DNA from: Ascidiella aspersa
Taxonomy: Eukaryota
Assembly (NCBI GenBank): GCA_963924565.1
Contig: OZ004607.1
Location: forward strand, 35,898,001-35,962,000
Direction of reading: 5' to 3'
Length of the DNA: 64,000 bases
Below the pieces are notes generated by a model, which had not been told where the DNA came from, did no database searches, and saw only the letters and a list, made by a program, of their open reading frames with translations. This document shows, piece after piece, positions 39,501-50,100 of the stretch (the stretch's first letter is position 1; each line of letters starts with the position of its first letter). A program made the position numbers and the translations under genes.

Positions 39501-42500
39501 AGATCTCGGCGTTGTTCATTTTTCGTTTTGTTTGTTACCTAAGGACGTTCAACCGCGAAGAACGGCCGAGTATCTGGCGCAAAAGTGGAAATGTCGCTCG
39601 ACCGATGAACGACTTCTCGCTTTTGTGACGATCAAGTGCAATATGCGGGCGCCCGATGACCCTTGTCTTGGCCCTGACAGGCACGATTAATTTTGGTTGC
39701 GTCATCAGCGGTCGCCGTGACGTCATATGAGATCTTTGAAAAATGGAAACTGAACTTTTGCCAGTCGAGTGCTACTTTAAGGCACACGAGTGCTTCTATA
39801 TTTTGTTGCCCGTCTGAGAAAGTATTGTCGCTGAAAACACTCGCGATTATAAAAAAGTCGCTCGTCGTTTTTCTTTATAGTGATTTTTGTTGAACGATTA
39901 CCAAATTCAAAGCGTTTTTTACCTTTTTAAATATCGATAGAAATTTTTTTTGGGGCAGTGGCGACATTTGCCTGACAATCTTCAATCGTTTTAGTCTCTT
40001 AATTTCATAGCATAAAACTAAGACATTTTTAACTGGGTTTGGTATAAAGGCTTAGCATTCTTGTTAATGCCTTGCCAAAAACAGAGCGAAAACTACATTG
40101 GACAGTGTTTGTAGGCAGTTTTCCCTGCGACCCAAATACTCTTTTACTGAACGTTTCGTACATAAGAGAATTAGCAATCATTAATTCTAATTTAATTATA
40201 ATGAACCAGACTTCGTATTACCTCCGCAATTTTCTCAAATTATGAGAAGTCTTCCTCAGAATTAATCTCAATAAATCTAACCGTGTAAACCAGGGGTTCT
40301 TAAACTGGGGTCCATGGACCCTTGGGGGTCCGTGAACTAGCTTTAGGGGGTCCATGAAGGCCTAATGGAAATGGTAGTGTATATTAAGGAAGTATTAAAT
40401 TTTTTAAAATAACTTTAAAAACATTAATTAGTTTTTCACTGAATGTAGACTTGATTACACTTTTACATTTTTGGACCGAAATCAGCAGATTTCCAAAGTC
40501 TATTTGTATTGTGACGTCATATAATGACGTAATTTTTTTAAATTTCTTGCTTTCTGTGGTCCACGCAAAGCCAAAAAAAATTTAGGGGTCCGCGGTAAAA
40601 AAAAGTTCAAGAACCCCTGGTGTAAAACAATGCAGTCTGCTTCGCCACCAAATCAAACGGCGACCAAAGGTCGAGAAGCAACACTATAGAAGTTTAACGA
40701 AAACAAAATCCGCATGTTTTGTAAATATCCTTGCGTCGTTCACGGATCATAAGATCTCAATCGCAGTGACTCACTTAAACGCACGTCAACTAAAAAACGT
40801 CAACATAATAGTAGCGAAGAGGCCACAAACTAACGGCGCAAACAAAACAGAAGTCTGTCAACACGACGCACGTCGCATACTTGAAAGCTGTCAATCGAGA
40901 AATGAGATACAAGCAAAAACAACACAAGTGCCATGCCGGAAAGACGATCGTTCTAAATTCCCACAAATCATTGCCAAATCACCTTAAAAATGCCTCCACC
41001 TGAATTCGACGATCGATCTTAGTTCTACGATAAAGACCAGTAAGAAGAGCTATAGTCTTGTACGGCTCATTCGAATGGCACAACCTCGGTCATACCGGCT
41101 GTCGACGTTGCGTCTTTGGCAATTGAACGAAGAGCTTTTGGGGCGTGCCGATTTGCACGAGTTGCTAAGTGTATTGCGATAAACAGGTTTCGCATTCTAA
41201 AAGCACAAACGCACAGAAAAAAAGGGCCGGGTTTTGGGTAAAAACACACGTTTTCTGCTGAAGAACTGAATTGCTTAGGAATTTGAACGTATTGAAATAG
41301 GATTTTTTTGCAAAAAAAAAAACGATTTTTTTGTTTGTAAAATCGAATTGCAAAGTCTAAACCTTGAGGTGAGCCCTTTTCGGAAAACAATGATTTAAAA
41401 TTTAGAAGCAGAACTTTAAAGAAATAGTCAACAAAACTTTCACATTATCAAGACACTTTGCGGACTAACGAAGGCAGGATGAAACACCTGGCTGCGGTGT
41501 GATGGAATATACGTGTATTCTAGGCAGATAAAATCTGGGGTCGGAAAAGGCTTAAACCTTAGGGGTTAAAAGAGGACTGTGAACTCAAAAATACAACAGC
41601 AGCTAAGTAAAGCCGACAACCAGCATGAGAAGCAGAACTAGCACCTGAACCCAGCTCGCTTTGGCAATAAACACACGGCGTCGTTTAGGTTTCGTCGACG
41701 GGACTTTGGAAAATCCTTAGCTGTGCACGAAAGTCGTCGTTGTTGGCTTAGTAGCTTGACCTCTGCAGACTGAGAATACACGCCCGGCCTTGTTTTGACA
41801 ATAAACCCGGGCGAAATATTTGGAGTTGCGCGGGCTTACCGGTGTCGGGGCTTTGCGAATCCAAACAGAAACTTGATTTCGTCGAGTCTGGCAGTCACGT
41901 GACCCCGTACAGGTGGCGGTGTGGTCGACTTGGTCCAGCGATCTTGTGCGCGACATTTTTGTGTAATGGGCCACATGGGCATTACTAGCGAGGTAGAAAT
42001 GTTGCACGTCAATATTGTACAGCATTTATGCAATCCTAATGTATAGACTGATTAAAGGAATACTTTGTGACTAGTTGACAAGGCTCCGCCGTTTTTAGAG
42101 TCAATGTCTCCGCAAAGTACGTTTTTTCGGCAACCTTAACATTAACATGTCAGTTTCTTGGTGCGTGTTGTCTTGTCATTTAATCATATTTTGCAAAGGT
42201 ATTGTGGACGGTGCTTCAGGTATTGCGTTTATTTGGATCAATGCAATGAAGAGCAACTTAACTATAACAATGCCGTGATGTATTTATAGTTAAACGGCTT
42301 CATTTGTCATAATAGAGAAGGTCGAAAAAAAAATAAGTTCTAATTTCACTTCAACAGTAATTGGACTTTCTCGTGCCGCAAAACCTTCAAACATTTGCCT
42401 AAAAACAAAGACCAAAGGCAGAAGGCGCACCGCAAAACATACCGAACCAACCACAGACACGCGATCCTAAAACAGAACATCCATCCATCACAGCCGCCTC

Positions 42501-45500
42501 GGGTATTTATTCAACACTAGAGTAGGAATTTAGCTCTTCCAACAGGGCAAAGCAACTGCACGCGACTTAAGAGCACCTAATAACTATTACACCTTGAGCA
42601 GTGTTTCTTAACCTTTTTAGCGCTCGTACCCTTTGAGCTTTCATGACATTTTCGTAAACCCCCTGTCTACAATGGTCGACGGAAGTCAATAAAATTGTAA
42701 TAATGGGAATTGAACTCAGTGTATTTATAACCTACGTGTTGAACGCAACAGTCTTGTAAGTTCAACAATACTTACAACACACAAACAATCAGTCAATTTA
42801 CTAATGTTTTATTATTGTTGCTTTTCGTAAATTACGCATTCTTCACCAATATACCTAAATAGCGCATAACGTCATACTGCATGTCGTACACCCTGCTTTT
42901 GTGCTTCGTACCACCAAGAGGTACACGTACCCCTGGTTAAGAACCCCTGACGTAGAGTCAAGTAGAGGCCTTGCGTACTGCTGACAAGTGTTCTGTTATC
43001 GCTGGTCAAGTTTTTAAGCCCACACATAGCGTGGTGACCTTTGCCGCGGGTCAAGACGACGACCGAACAGTGAACAATGGTCCTTCAAGAGACTGACCAC
43101 ACTGACCGCTGGTTGGGCGATTCGTCAGGATTAGGTTGCGATATGGAGTGTCGCGTTTTGCGGCGCGGCAAGCGTCACGCGACTGCCGAGAGCGACACTT
43201 TTGGATCTGCCCGGATCGAGTGGGGATTAGGGACAAGTGCCTTGAGGATTTGGAGTTGTTTTCTTTTGAAAGTCTGCCGCCTTGTGACGTAACAATCGCC
43301 CTGCTCGGTCTGTAGTGTTTTCGGTGGAAATTTGGCAAGGCTGATCACGTTTTCAGTCGAAATAGCACAGCTGAAACAGCTGTTTTGCGAAGAGGACAAA
43401 GTTTGCAAACTATTCCCATTTAATACCGATTTATCATAAAAACGTTCTTACTAGCCTTTCAAGACCGTGTGTGTCTCAGATGACATTTACCTAGACATTC
43501 ATTCACACCTCATTGGAAGAGGGTCTTAGGTTGGACGTGAGTAAAGTGTTATGTTCCTTGGCACGACATTGGTCGTCGAAGATCTATTTGGGGCTCGAAA
43601 ATTGCGTCTTACTCGACGAAAAGGGCATTAAAATAGACAAATCGGCACTTGAGTGTCTTGCACATGGAATAGGAATGCTCTACTCGGATCCCGATTTAGC
43701 AGAGAGCGATCGGCGGTTAGAAGTGAAGTTGTCTGCAGAGGAAATCCCCAAAGCTCCGAAATGTGTGATCACCAACAGCGGGGTTCAACGATTGTGAACC
43801 GGGATTTTGGGACAAAGAAAACGGCATGTTTGAACTGTTGTGCCCAGCAGCGAATCTTCCATTACACGTTTCGTCCAAAATAATCGGCCGACTAAAGAAG
43901 AGGTCTATTTTCATTAAAACCAATATCAGCTAAAATGGCGTTTATTTAAAATGTAACGTCATATTTGAAAGTTTTGCGTCAATTGTAAAAATAAACATTG
44001 AGGTGTTCAGTCGAATGAAAAAAATAGCGTTTTATTTTTAAACGGTATCATTGATCATTTGGCTTATTAGTTAAAAGTCTTAAACGCTACACATATTGCT
44101 TGGGGTTTACCTAATACTGATAATATCCCATTATTCACTTAATTTAAGTGTAATTTGTTTTACAAATAATTGGGATAAAGAAATGGCAACAACAAAAGTA
44201 AAAAACAAGTTGACAGTTGGCTTAATGGTTGGCTACCTCGCAAGGAACCACCTTACAAATAGATATACAATTTTATCGTATTATGACTGTTTATTTTTCT
44301 TACATACCTATAGGGGTTTAAAATTTAGCAACGACAAACTGACGGGGGTATATAGTCAAGAAACTTTTCGCTAACAACCAAACTCACAATCGTTTCATAT
44401 ATCAGACTCATAGCATTTTAAGCGAAGTCGAACAAAGCTTCCTTTTTATGAGTCGTCAGTCAACTCATAGTTCACGAAATTTAAAGCTGTGAAGTTATGT
44501 GACCAGAAAATAAAGCAGGAAACCTGTCAAAAATGCACCGCTAAATTACACCGAACCCGGCTATAGGGGCAAACATAGTCTCGCGATATGAATCACAGTC
44601 AGTGTAACAAGCAGGTGCGTCGACGCCCAATCTCAGCCGAAATCGGGTGAAATGACAAAATTGCCACCTTGAACCACCACAGAGTGCTAGAAATGTATCT
44701 TAAAATGTCGAAAACCTTACCGAAGTAAACAATGCCCGACCTGTTGGGGTAAAAAGCCACGATAACATGGGTTTTTAATTTGGAGCAAGCCATACTCGAC
44801 TGAAACGAATGGCTGAGCGAGTTTTAAATGCGAGATATTTAAGCATTGCATAACAAAGCGAATCGATTGCAAAGGAGAAAGTCAACTTTTAAAGGGGGCA
44901 TTTATTTTACTCTGGTCATATAGAGGCTGCCTTAATTTCACTAGATCAGCGTTCCTTAATTTGGTGTCTGCGTATCTTGGATGTCTATGAGGAATAGCCT
45001 AGGCAACCTCTTTTAGGTTAATTCACTAATACCAATTGTTCGCTGGAAATTATCATTCTCAGTGTGTTTAAAGATAATTTTACATGAACTTGCGTACACC
45101 AAGTATAGTTTGTATAGGAGTATACAGATTTAAATGTCAAAATAACTATTGTATCGTGTATTTTGTAAAAGCCCTTGTTTCAAAAATTGATGAGTTTCGG
45201 TATTACTGTATAGCACAAGTAAGCAAAACAGGTCTGCCAGATATAAAAAGTATACAAACCAATCAAAACAAATAAAAATCACATCAAAACTCCAAAAATT
45301 GACCGATCGAATCACATCAGAAAAAAAGCCACGGCAAAACGCAATTCCTGGCCAAGCATGCAATAGCTGGCTTAACGAAGAAAGGCAATGTGGTTATACT
45401 TCTAATCAAGAAGGCATCGTCTATATAAGCTAATTTGCATTAGGCCGACGAGGGAGGCAAATTAAAATGCCACCCATGACGAAATAACGTCATGCTATTT

Positions 45501-47112
45501 GTGTATCGGCATTTCAAACAAGAAGTCCCGCGGGAAACAACTAAATGCCGCAATGACGACTCTACAGTCAGGTTAAAGGGCCTTCGTATGGAGAACGCAC
45601 AACGGCGTTATTTTAAAGCGATTTTCGAGAGGGGGCGTTATGACAAAAAAGCGCCACAGTTCTAATCGCGGTTGCCCACATTGGAACACACATTTTATCC
45701 AGTACGTCACATTTAACTTAAACTTGGAAATAGATCGCAAAAGGTGTGAATCAATTTGCTTTGCGAAGGCTGTGAATAAGTTGGCGAGTTTGACTTCTGC
45801 ACAAGTCAAAAGGCTTTGTTCTAGTGAGGAACACGGCCTGAAATCAAATGAAAAGAAGCCCAAAGATGCGAAGAAGCGATTTGGCGCGAGACGCGGTATG
45901 ATCTACTGTGTTGTGGAACAGATAACATCGCTTATATCTTATAAGGTTCAATATTCGCGACGCCGCTTTTTGTGTGCATTCAAAACATGAAATTCCTGTT
46001 GGACTTGTGTCGCCTTTTATTGTGTTTAGCGAACATCGGCGCCACAATTGTTGTGGTGGGGTTTGAAGGACACCCGGCAAATATTGCAAAGGGTTTATCT
46101 CGAGCACAATCAATGTACCATTTTAAGGATGTTAAATACACTGAAAAAGGGCTGCTGAGACTTATCGTGGGAAAGTTTCACCCAAAAAAATCGATAAATT
46201 TGACTAAATGTCATTTTTAGGACTTAACTTGTATTAAAATCGCCAGGTTATATGTTCTACTAAAAAAATATGTAATCTTGAACAATTGAGGTGAAATAAA
46301 ATCGACAGTTGCTAGTCTATATGCCCGTTCTTAGCCCTCAAGCTGTTATATTTCTCCAAACAAAATGGTTAAATGCGCCCTTCAAGCTAATACAATCTTC
46401 TTATATCCTTTCAGGTAACTAGAAGAAATTGTGACGGTTTTGACAAGAGCTTAACATAGAATTAACGAAATGTGAAAGGTTTCAGTTTAGTGACCCCGAC
46501 GCATAACTTAATATTCAAGGTCCGTACCAATGTAACTTGCGCTGCTTGATAACTCGGTGATGTTGATCTTCTTTGCTCCGGCCGGGATCGTCACTATCCG
46601 ATGGAAGTCGTTGGACAGGGATTGAAGGCGGAACAATCCTGTGAAGATAAAAGAGTCTGTGAGTTTGCGATGACTTTCGGTGTACTATTGATACGTAAGC
46701 CATAATCGTTGGTCAAAAAGCAGCTTCCGAAGGGCTAGATCACAGTTATTTACACACCATATGTGTGTGTATGTGTTAATTAGAGATAAAAGATGATAGT
46801 TAAAAAGGGTTTTAAAGTTCTTAATTTAATAGCAAAAGTATAAATTACAAGCAGTTTCTAGGATGCTAAAACGTTAATTCGTATTTTGTTAACGTAAAAA
46901 GAAACTTTTCGTATTCGAAACAACCTCAAGATATCAGAGCAACAACAATGTCACGTACGACGTAACAAGAAAACTGCGTTTGAATGTAAATTAAAACAGC
47001 AACTGCAGTTTCACTCACCGCTGACGTATTCGCACGACCTTCCCTCTCCTCCGCATTCCCCGCATCGATCCACAACCTTCCTTGAACCAATCACGTCGTC
47101 GCAACCGGGCAT
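9406..47112 (-). CDS. THSD4: ADAMTS-like protein of the ADAMTSL4/THSD4 (ADAMTSL6) type, 5'-partial; 12 exons: 47019-47112, 46528-46638, 37108-37292, 21908-22245, 20911-21071, 20615-20741, 19802-20009, 19138-19308, 18342-18509, 12239-12439, 11592-11736, 9406-9548
   Basis: All junctions are GT-AG and phase-compatible, totalling 2052 nt including the stop. Domains: Cys-rich end (GCDDVIGSRKVVDRCGECGG), spacer (IVTIPAGAKKINITE...LLAEGPTSEPLDVLIFFQFENPGIRYEF), Pro-rich linker, 6 TSP1 repeats, PLAC (CTDKLRNCHVILRARLCAYTYYRSKCCVTC). THSD4 versus ADAMTSL4 is not resolvable here; likely a co-orthologue. Confidence 0.9.
9632..9930. mobile_element. hAT-type MITE with CATAGG termini
   Basis: Perfect 14-bp TIR cataggcgccgaac / gttcggcgcctatg; TSD gtgagggg/gcgaggtg. 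Confidence 0.8.
10224..10450. mobile_element. Palindromic hammerhead-bearing repeat, family A
   Basis: Begins tacactatgcacg.atctgtaatgtagcttgataa; inverted arms about 10247-10345 and 10360-10450; homologous to the copies at 18.0, 30.2, 53.2 and 55.8 kb. Confidence 0.8.
10303..10350 (-). ncRNA. Hammerhead motif, family A, minus strand (intact core, imperfect stems)
   Basis: Minus strand reads attta-CTGAAGA-t-gat...atc-GAAA-CGTC-ctaat. Confidence 0.5.
11213..11558. mobile_element. MITE with (T)AGGGATGTCCGAT-type termini and ccgata repeats (related to 63575-63997)
   Basis: cagtgatatccgata ... tatcggacatctcta; subterminal ccgata/tatcgg repeats. Confidence 0.65.
11592..11736 (-). CDS. THSD4: ADAMTSL exon: TSP1 repeat 6 (CSVSCGGGSRSRNVQC...CNTANCISLN)
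   Basis: Acceptor ttcacgcag, donor A|gtaagt; 145 nt, phase 0-1. Confidence 0.94.
12239..12439 (-). CDS. THSD4: ADAMTSL exon: TSP1 repeat 5 (CSSKCGAGRQTRSVVC...WYHTQWTE)
   Basis: Acceptor actttgcag, donor GAG|gtaagc; 201 nt, phase 0-0. Confidence 0.94.
12653..12841. mobile_element. Family B palindromic repeat with central hammerhead
   Basis: About 72-bp near-perfect inverted arms (12684-12756 and 12769-12841) around ctgatgatggca, preceded by acactatatacggatctgt, the family A terminal motif. Confidence 0.8.
12754..12791 (+). ncRNA. Minimal type-I hammerhead ribozyme motif (Penelope-type), family B
   Basis: tca-CTGATGA(12757-63)-t-ggca/tgagcatt/tgcc-GAAA(12781-84)-CGTT-tga. Intact core, 4-bp stem II, ACGU palindromic stem III, 3-bp stem I. 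Confidence 0.72.
13044..13890. repeat. Tandem duplication of about 425 bp
   Basis: Units start taacgactctatgt at about 13045 and 13472 and share ggaagcgtttggttccggctacaagatttttgaactatatttagccga. Confidence 0.9.
16162..16203 (+). ncRNA. Minimal type-I hammerhead ribozyme motif, family C
   Basis: gcc-CTGATGA(16165-71)-a-ggcggctt/gtat/aggttgcc-GAAA(16193-96)-TGTT-ggt. 8-bp stem II with G-U pairs; AUGU in place of ACGU. Confidence 0.65.
17996..18303. mobile_element. Family A repeat, partial palindrome
   Basis: Truncated left arm 17996-18062 is inverted against the right arm, which ends ...ttacagatccgtacatagtgta. Confidence 0.8.
18185..18222 (+). ncRNA. Minimal type-I hammerhead ribozyme motif, family A
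   Basis: taa-CTGAAGA(18188-94)-t-gatac/aagttc/gtatc-GAAA(18212-15)-CGTC-tta. Intact core with a GUC cleavage triplet. Confidence 0.72.
18342..18509 (-). CDS. THSD4: ADAMTSL exon: TSP1 repeat 4 (CSADCDRGVQRRSVHC...YEWFAGDWGT)
   Basis: Acceptor tcccgtatag, donor ACG|gtaagt; 168 nt, phase 0-0. The correct frame is not in the ORF track. Confidence 0.93.
19138..19308 (-). CDS. THSD4: ADAMTSL exon: TSP1 repeat 3 (CSVKCGSGSQSRHAEC...WFVTEWQA)
   Basis: Acceptor gttacag, donor GCG|gtgagt; 171 nt, phase 0-0. Confidence 0.94.
19802..20009 (-). CDS. THSD4: ADAMTSL exon: TSP1 repeat 2 (YHVSDWSVCSRSCGNGRRTRSVIC...WEVAGEWSQ)
   Basis: Acceptor ttccacacag, donor CAG|gtgaga; 208 nt, phase 2-0. Confidence 0.94.
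20026..20226. repeat. Degenerate (CGTTA)n microsatellite
   Basis: acgttacgttgcgttgcgttacgttac... next to the exon 19802-20009 acceptor. Confidence 0.9.
20615..20741 (-). CDS. THSD4: ADAMTSL exon: TSP1 repeat 1 (GVKTQIVLCVHES...SCNKNPCPP)
   Basis: Acceptor tttttgatag, donor TA|gtaagt; 127 nt, phase 1-2. Confidence 0.92.
20911..21071 (-). CDS. THSD4: ADAMTSL exon: linker end and start of TSP1 repeat 1 (…GATYWTTRGYGTCSQTCAQ)
   Basis: Acceptor tatacaaag, donor G|gtgagc; 161 nt, phase 2-1. Confidence 0.88.
21908..22245 (-). CDS. THSD4: ADAMTSL exon: spacer end plus Pro/Arg-rich linker (IFFQFENPGIRYEFVVPK...LRWPS)
   Basis: Acceptor ttatcaacag, donor AG|gtataa; 338 nt, phase 0-2. Confidence 0.9.
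22288..22366. repeat. 20-bp tandem repeat, about 4 copies
   Basis: aaaggtgaaaaaa(a/g)tatt(a/g)g units. Confidence 0.85.
23251..23668 (+). mobile_element. hAT-type MITE (CAGGGGTTCTTAAACTGGGGTCC family)
   Basis: agggttcttaaactggggtcc ... aagaaccactg; TSD-like atataggg/atacaggg. Confidence 0.75.
27668..27925. repeat. Minisatellite, 6 x 43 bp
   Basis: Unit gtcatttgcaacctataaccagtcaatt(t/c)gcagtccaagtcaa at 27668, 27711, 27754, 27797, 27840, 27883. Confidence 0.95.
28710..29040 (-). mobile_element. hAT-type MITE (same family)
   Basis: caagggttctc ... gaccccagtttaagaaaccctg; TSD ctctagtc/atctagtc. Confidence 0.85.
30213..30415. mobile_element. Family A repeat
   Basis: Long arm homologous to 10.2 and 18.1 kb, then terminal ...ttacagatccgtgcatagtgta. 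The minus-strand hammerhead has a C3>A change (ATGAAGA) and a 5-bp stem I attaa/ttaat. Confidence 0.8.
30918..31162. repeat. About 245-bp imperfect palindrome, family D (related fragments at about 21812-21865, 25015-25107, 30885-30915)
   Basis: cagaagtaggtattattttgaacgttt / aaacgttcaaaataatacctacttctg arms, centre near 31040. Confidence 0.75.
32417..32832. repeat. Tandem duplication of about 200 bp
   Basis: gttcccggtt.a.ataaatgactt...gaattccttta.tt.taccaagg occurs twice. Confidence 0.85.
34036..34196. mobile_element. Short hAT-type MITE
   Basis: TIR cagtgtttttttaaggt / accttaaaaaaccctg; perfect TSD catgtgcc. Confidence 0.85.
35390..36010. repeat. Degenerate tandem repeat region
   Basis: Recurring aacttaagtacttaaaattgactag and aaatttgcttt segments. 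Confidence 0.7.
36771..36940. repeat. About 22-bp degenerate minisatellite
   Basis: ggaaattttaa(a/g)ttctaagctat units. Confidence 0.8.
37108..37292 (-). CDS. THSD4: ADAMTSL exon: spacer (ALRSGNSRHVMYINGE...LLAEGPTSEPLDVL)
   Basis: Acceptor tttttgcag, donor CTG|gtaagc; 185 nt, phase 1-0; A.GPT.EPL motif. Confidence 0.92.
40291..40619 (+). mobile_element. hAT-type MITE (CAGGGGTTCTTAAACTGGGGTCC family)
   Basis: TIR caggggttctt / aagaacccctg; TSD gtgtaaac/gtgtaaaa. Confidence 0.9.
42599..42949. mobile_element. hAT-type MITE
   Basis: TIR cagtgtttcttaacc / ggttaagaacccctg; degenerate TSD accttgag/acgtagag. Confidence 0.75.
46528..46638 (-). CDS. THSD4: ADAMTSL exon: spacer start (GLFRLQSLSNDFHRIVTIPAGAKKINITELSSSASYI)
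   Basis: Acceptor tcttcacag, donor G|gtacgg; 111 nt, phase 1-1; IPAGA..I.I.E motif. Confidence 0.92.
47019..47112 (-). CDS. THSD4: ADAMTSL exon: end of Cys-rich module (MPGCDDVIGSRKVVDRCGECGGEGRSCEYVS)
   Basis: Acceptor ttttgttcag, donor G|gtgagt; 94 nt; classic GCD...D.CG.CGG motif. Not in the ORF track. Confidence 0.92.
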
Positions 47113-50100
47113 CTGAACAAAACAGAAAAAAGTTAAAATGCTTGTTGCAAAAGACACACTGAACATCGCTGTTTTTTTTCCTGTGTTATATTTTGGGGGC
47201 GATCTGTTTTCTACTGATTGACATTTTACATTGGAGAACAGAAATTGTAGGTTTATTGGAAAAGTATGTAATTAAATAACACAGAAATTTAAAACATTAA
47301 TGTTGGATTCAACCTTAAGAGTATAGTTAGAGCTTTAAATCGATACAAAGAAAAGTGACACAAAGCGAATACACTTTACAAATACTAGAAAACAAAATTG
47401 TTTTGCCAATAGCTTGTTCTTGGATCCCCTACGCAAATCAGTTTTCCTTTAATTTTGCTCTTTACGTGTAAATCTGCCTTACGTGTATTTAAACGGCCGA
47501 GAGCACATTAGTTTCAAACACAAAACGGAAAAAATATGACTTTATATAGATTGCGGTTTTCTAATTGCGCCACAGTGCCAAATATGGTCGCCCACATTAG
47601 AACAAACATTGAACTTGAATCCTAAAATAGATCGCAGAGGGTGTAAATCAATTTGCTTTGCGAAGGCTGTAAAAAAGATGGCGTGTTTGACTTCTGAACA
47701 AGACAAAAGAGACTTTGTTCTAAAGGTTGTTCCATCGAGAAACACGGCCTTGAATCAAATAAAAAACGTTCAAAGTAAAGCTACTTTCCAAATATTTAAA
47801 CCAACCAACGCAGGGCACGCGCCTTAATGTAACAATGGGATTTAAAACGAAGTAAAGCGTTCACTGTAAAACGCGAATAGCCACCAGTGGAACGTTCTGG
47901 AAGGAAGTAAAATTTGTAAATGAAAACGCGATTTATTGGCGGGCCAAAATCGCATCCAAGTTAAAGCATCCCGCAAACCGCATAATTCCATCAACCGTAT
48001 TTCGCAAACACTTTAGGGAAACGCCCTAAAAAGACTGCCTGTTAATTAGGCCTATGCAAATTCGACCACATCACAACGAATGCGAGCAATCTTCTTGTTT
48101 CACGGAAACGCGGCGAGGGAGTTTGGATCCCGAAGAATAATGGACCAGTTGGCAAGGACGGTTAAAGTTTCTGCTCTGATTGCTGAACCAGCAGCTGGCA
48201 GCGGCGCTAAGTGGCAACGGTTGTTTTAGCAATTAGCCCAGCTGGGCCTTGGATCGGCAAATCTCGGCGGCTAAAGGTTGTAAAGGTACCGCGGAAACGT
48301 TTACGCGCCAGCGGACAGCAGGTACTGATAGGTTTTTGCCGAACGTAACGCAAAAATGTAAGCCCAAACTTTCAGCGGTTAGCAAGCAAGGCGGCATTTC
48401 CAAAAGTTCACCAAAACAAACCAAGTTTGCTCAAAACATAATGTGTTAGTATCCTGGGTTATCGCAATTCAAACATATGACAGCTTCTGACGAATTCGAA
48501 GTCGCAAATCAACTATGGAAGTCTATGGCAGGATTGTGTTGTTTCAAAGAGCTAACAAACTTGTCGAGTATTTCATTTTTTGGTATATTGTTGAAAATCA
48601 CCCAAAAAATGGCAACAGATTCGAAATGGCTACTTTATGCTGCACTAAATTAAATTGGTAGCTCTTTCCCCGCTCAAAACCAGTTCAAACCAAACCATTT
48701 TAAATAGGCACAGTACCACAACACGCGGCGTGTGTCCATATAAAGCCAACGCACAATTATCCAAAACGGAAATGCAGCCGCAACAGCGTTTCAAGTTCAA
48801 GTACAGACATATTAGGTGGAGTCAGACCAGACAGCCGCCAACCATAGGCCTGTGTCAGTTACAAAACGATATTCGGTCGTTTTAAGCCGATTTCACGAAG
48901 GAAGTATTAAAGGGATCAGCAAATCGCCGCCAAGATTTGGTCATTAGGCCTCATTAATCAAAGGCGCGGTCCGAAAGAGCGCAGAAACCGCTGCGTAAAC
49001 AGGAGAAAGTTGGGAAGATTTTAAGCCGCTGGCTACGTGCGTCTCGCACACAAAGCGTTTGCTAGCAGATGGAACCATTTAGCGAAAAACGATTAATTAC
49101 CTGCAAGTGAGTTTAGTTTGCCATATTATTGTAAGCAGCTGCTGCCATTTTTGAAAATCCGCGATCGGATGACGCAAAAACATCTAACGATGTTACATTT
49201 AGCCACGCAACTTTGTGGCTGACTTTTAGGCTGGATCCCCACCGGACCTCAGACACGACGCGACGAAACATGTCTGTCTGTTGACTGGTCGCGTCGTGCC
49301 TGAAAGCGACTCTGTCCAATCCCCACCGACAAAGCGCGCGAAACTTTAACTGGTCAAAGCTAGGCGATATAATCCAGTTGTGATCATAGCGGAGGCAAAT
49401 AACATGCAAATTTTGGAAGAAATATGTATTTCGAAACGTAACCAGCAGTTTATACAACAACACAAGTAGAGGGTATACTCTATTTGTGAAAAAAAGGTAT
49501 AGAGAGTTTTCTTTCCATGTACTTTCTCGCACTTTATTAAAACATGAAGATAAGTTTCAAAAGTACACAAGGGTGTCTTCAAAATTGTTTTTTTAACTAG
49601 TCAAGCTGGTAAAATCATATATGGAAAAGAAAGATAAGAATTAAAAGGCTTTTCGACATTTCCAGAAATATATTTTTATTAGAATTAAAAAAAATAACCT
49701 GCTTAACCTTTTAAAATAACATTCCTAATATAAAACCTACAAAAACCCGTAAAAAACTAACGGTTTCTATCGAAAAGCCTCTTCAGACACGGTAAAAAAG
49801 TAGTGCACGCGCTATCTCGCTAAAAACGCGTTTAGTCGTGTCTGTCTGCTGTGCGTAAGATTTGCGTCAAGTCTGGTCAGTGGAGACGCGACAACAAAAG
49901 AAATAGCGTTCCATCTCATTAGTCGCGATCAGACTGCTTTAAAGCGTTTTTGTCTAACCGGTGGGGATTCAGCCTTAGACGGTTCAGCTATTACAAGCTT
50001 TCTTTTAAAATCTCTATGCATGAGAACAAAACGTTCGCCAAATTACCATTGGTTTAGTTGATCGACTAATGTTACCCTTCAAGCAAGGAATTGACCAAAA

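Larger units (their letters stand above)
45668..47760. repeat. Dispersed pair of about 180-bp copies (45668-45850 and 47587-47760) flanking two ADAMTSL exons
   Basis: Shared aaatagatcgca.a.ggtgt.aatcaatttgctttgcgaaggctgt. Confidence 0.8.

Noticed and set aside
41080-41197. Strong-looking minus-strand acceptor (tgcttttag) with open frames
   Set aside because: The flanking exons 46528 and 37292 already join in phase to give a continuous spacer domain, and the phase-1 frame here hits a stop.
43513-43797. 94-aa ORF containing CLAH, reminiscent of the hAT transposase CxxH motif
   Set aside because: No other transposase motifs, TIRs or continuing frames were recognised.
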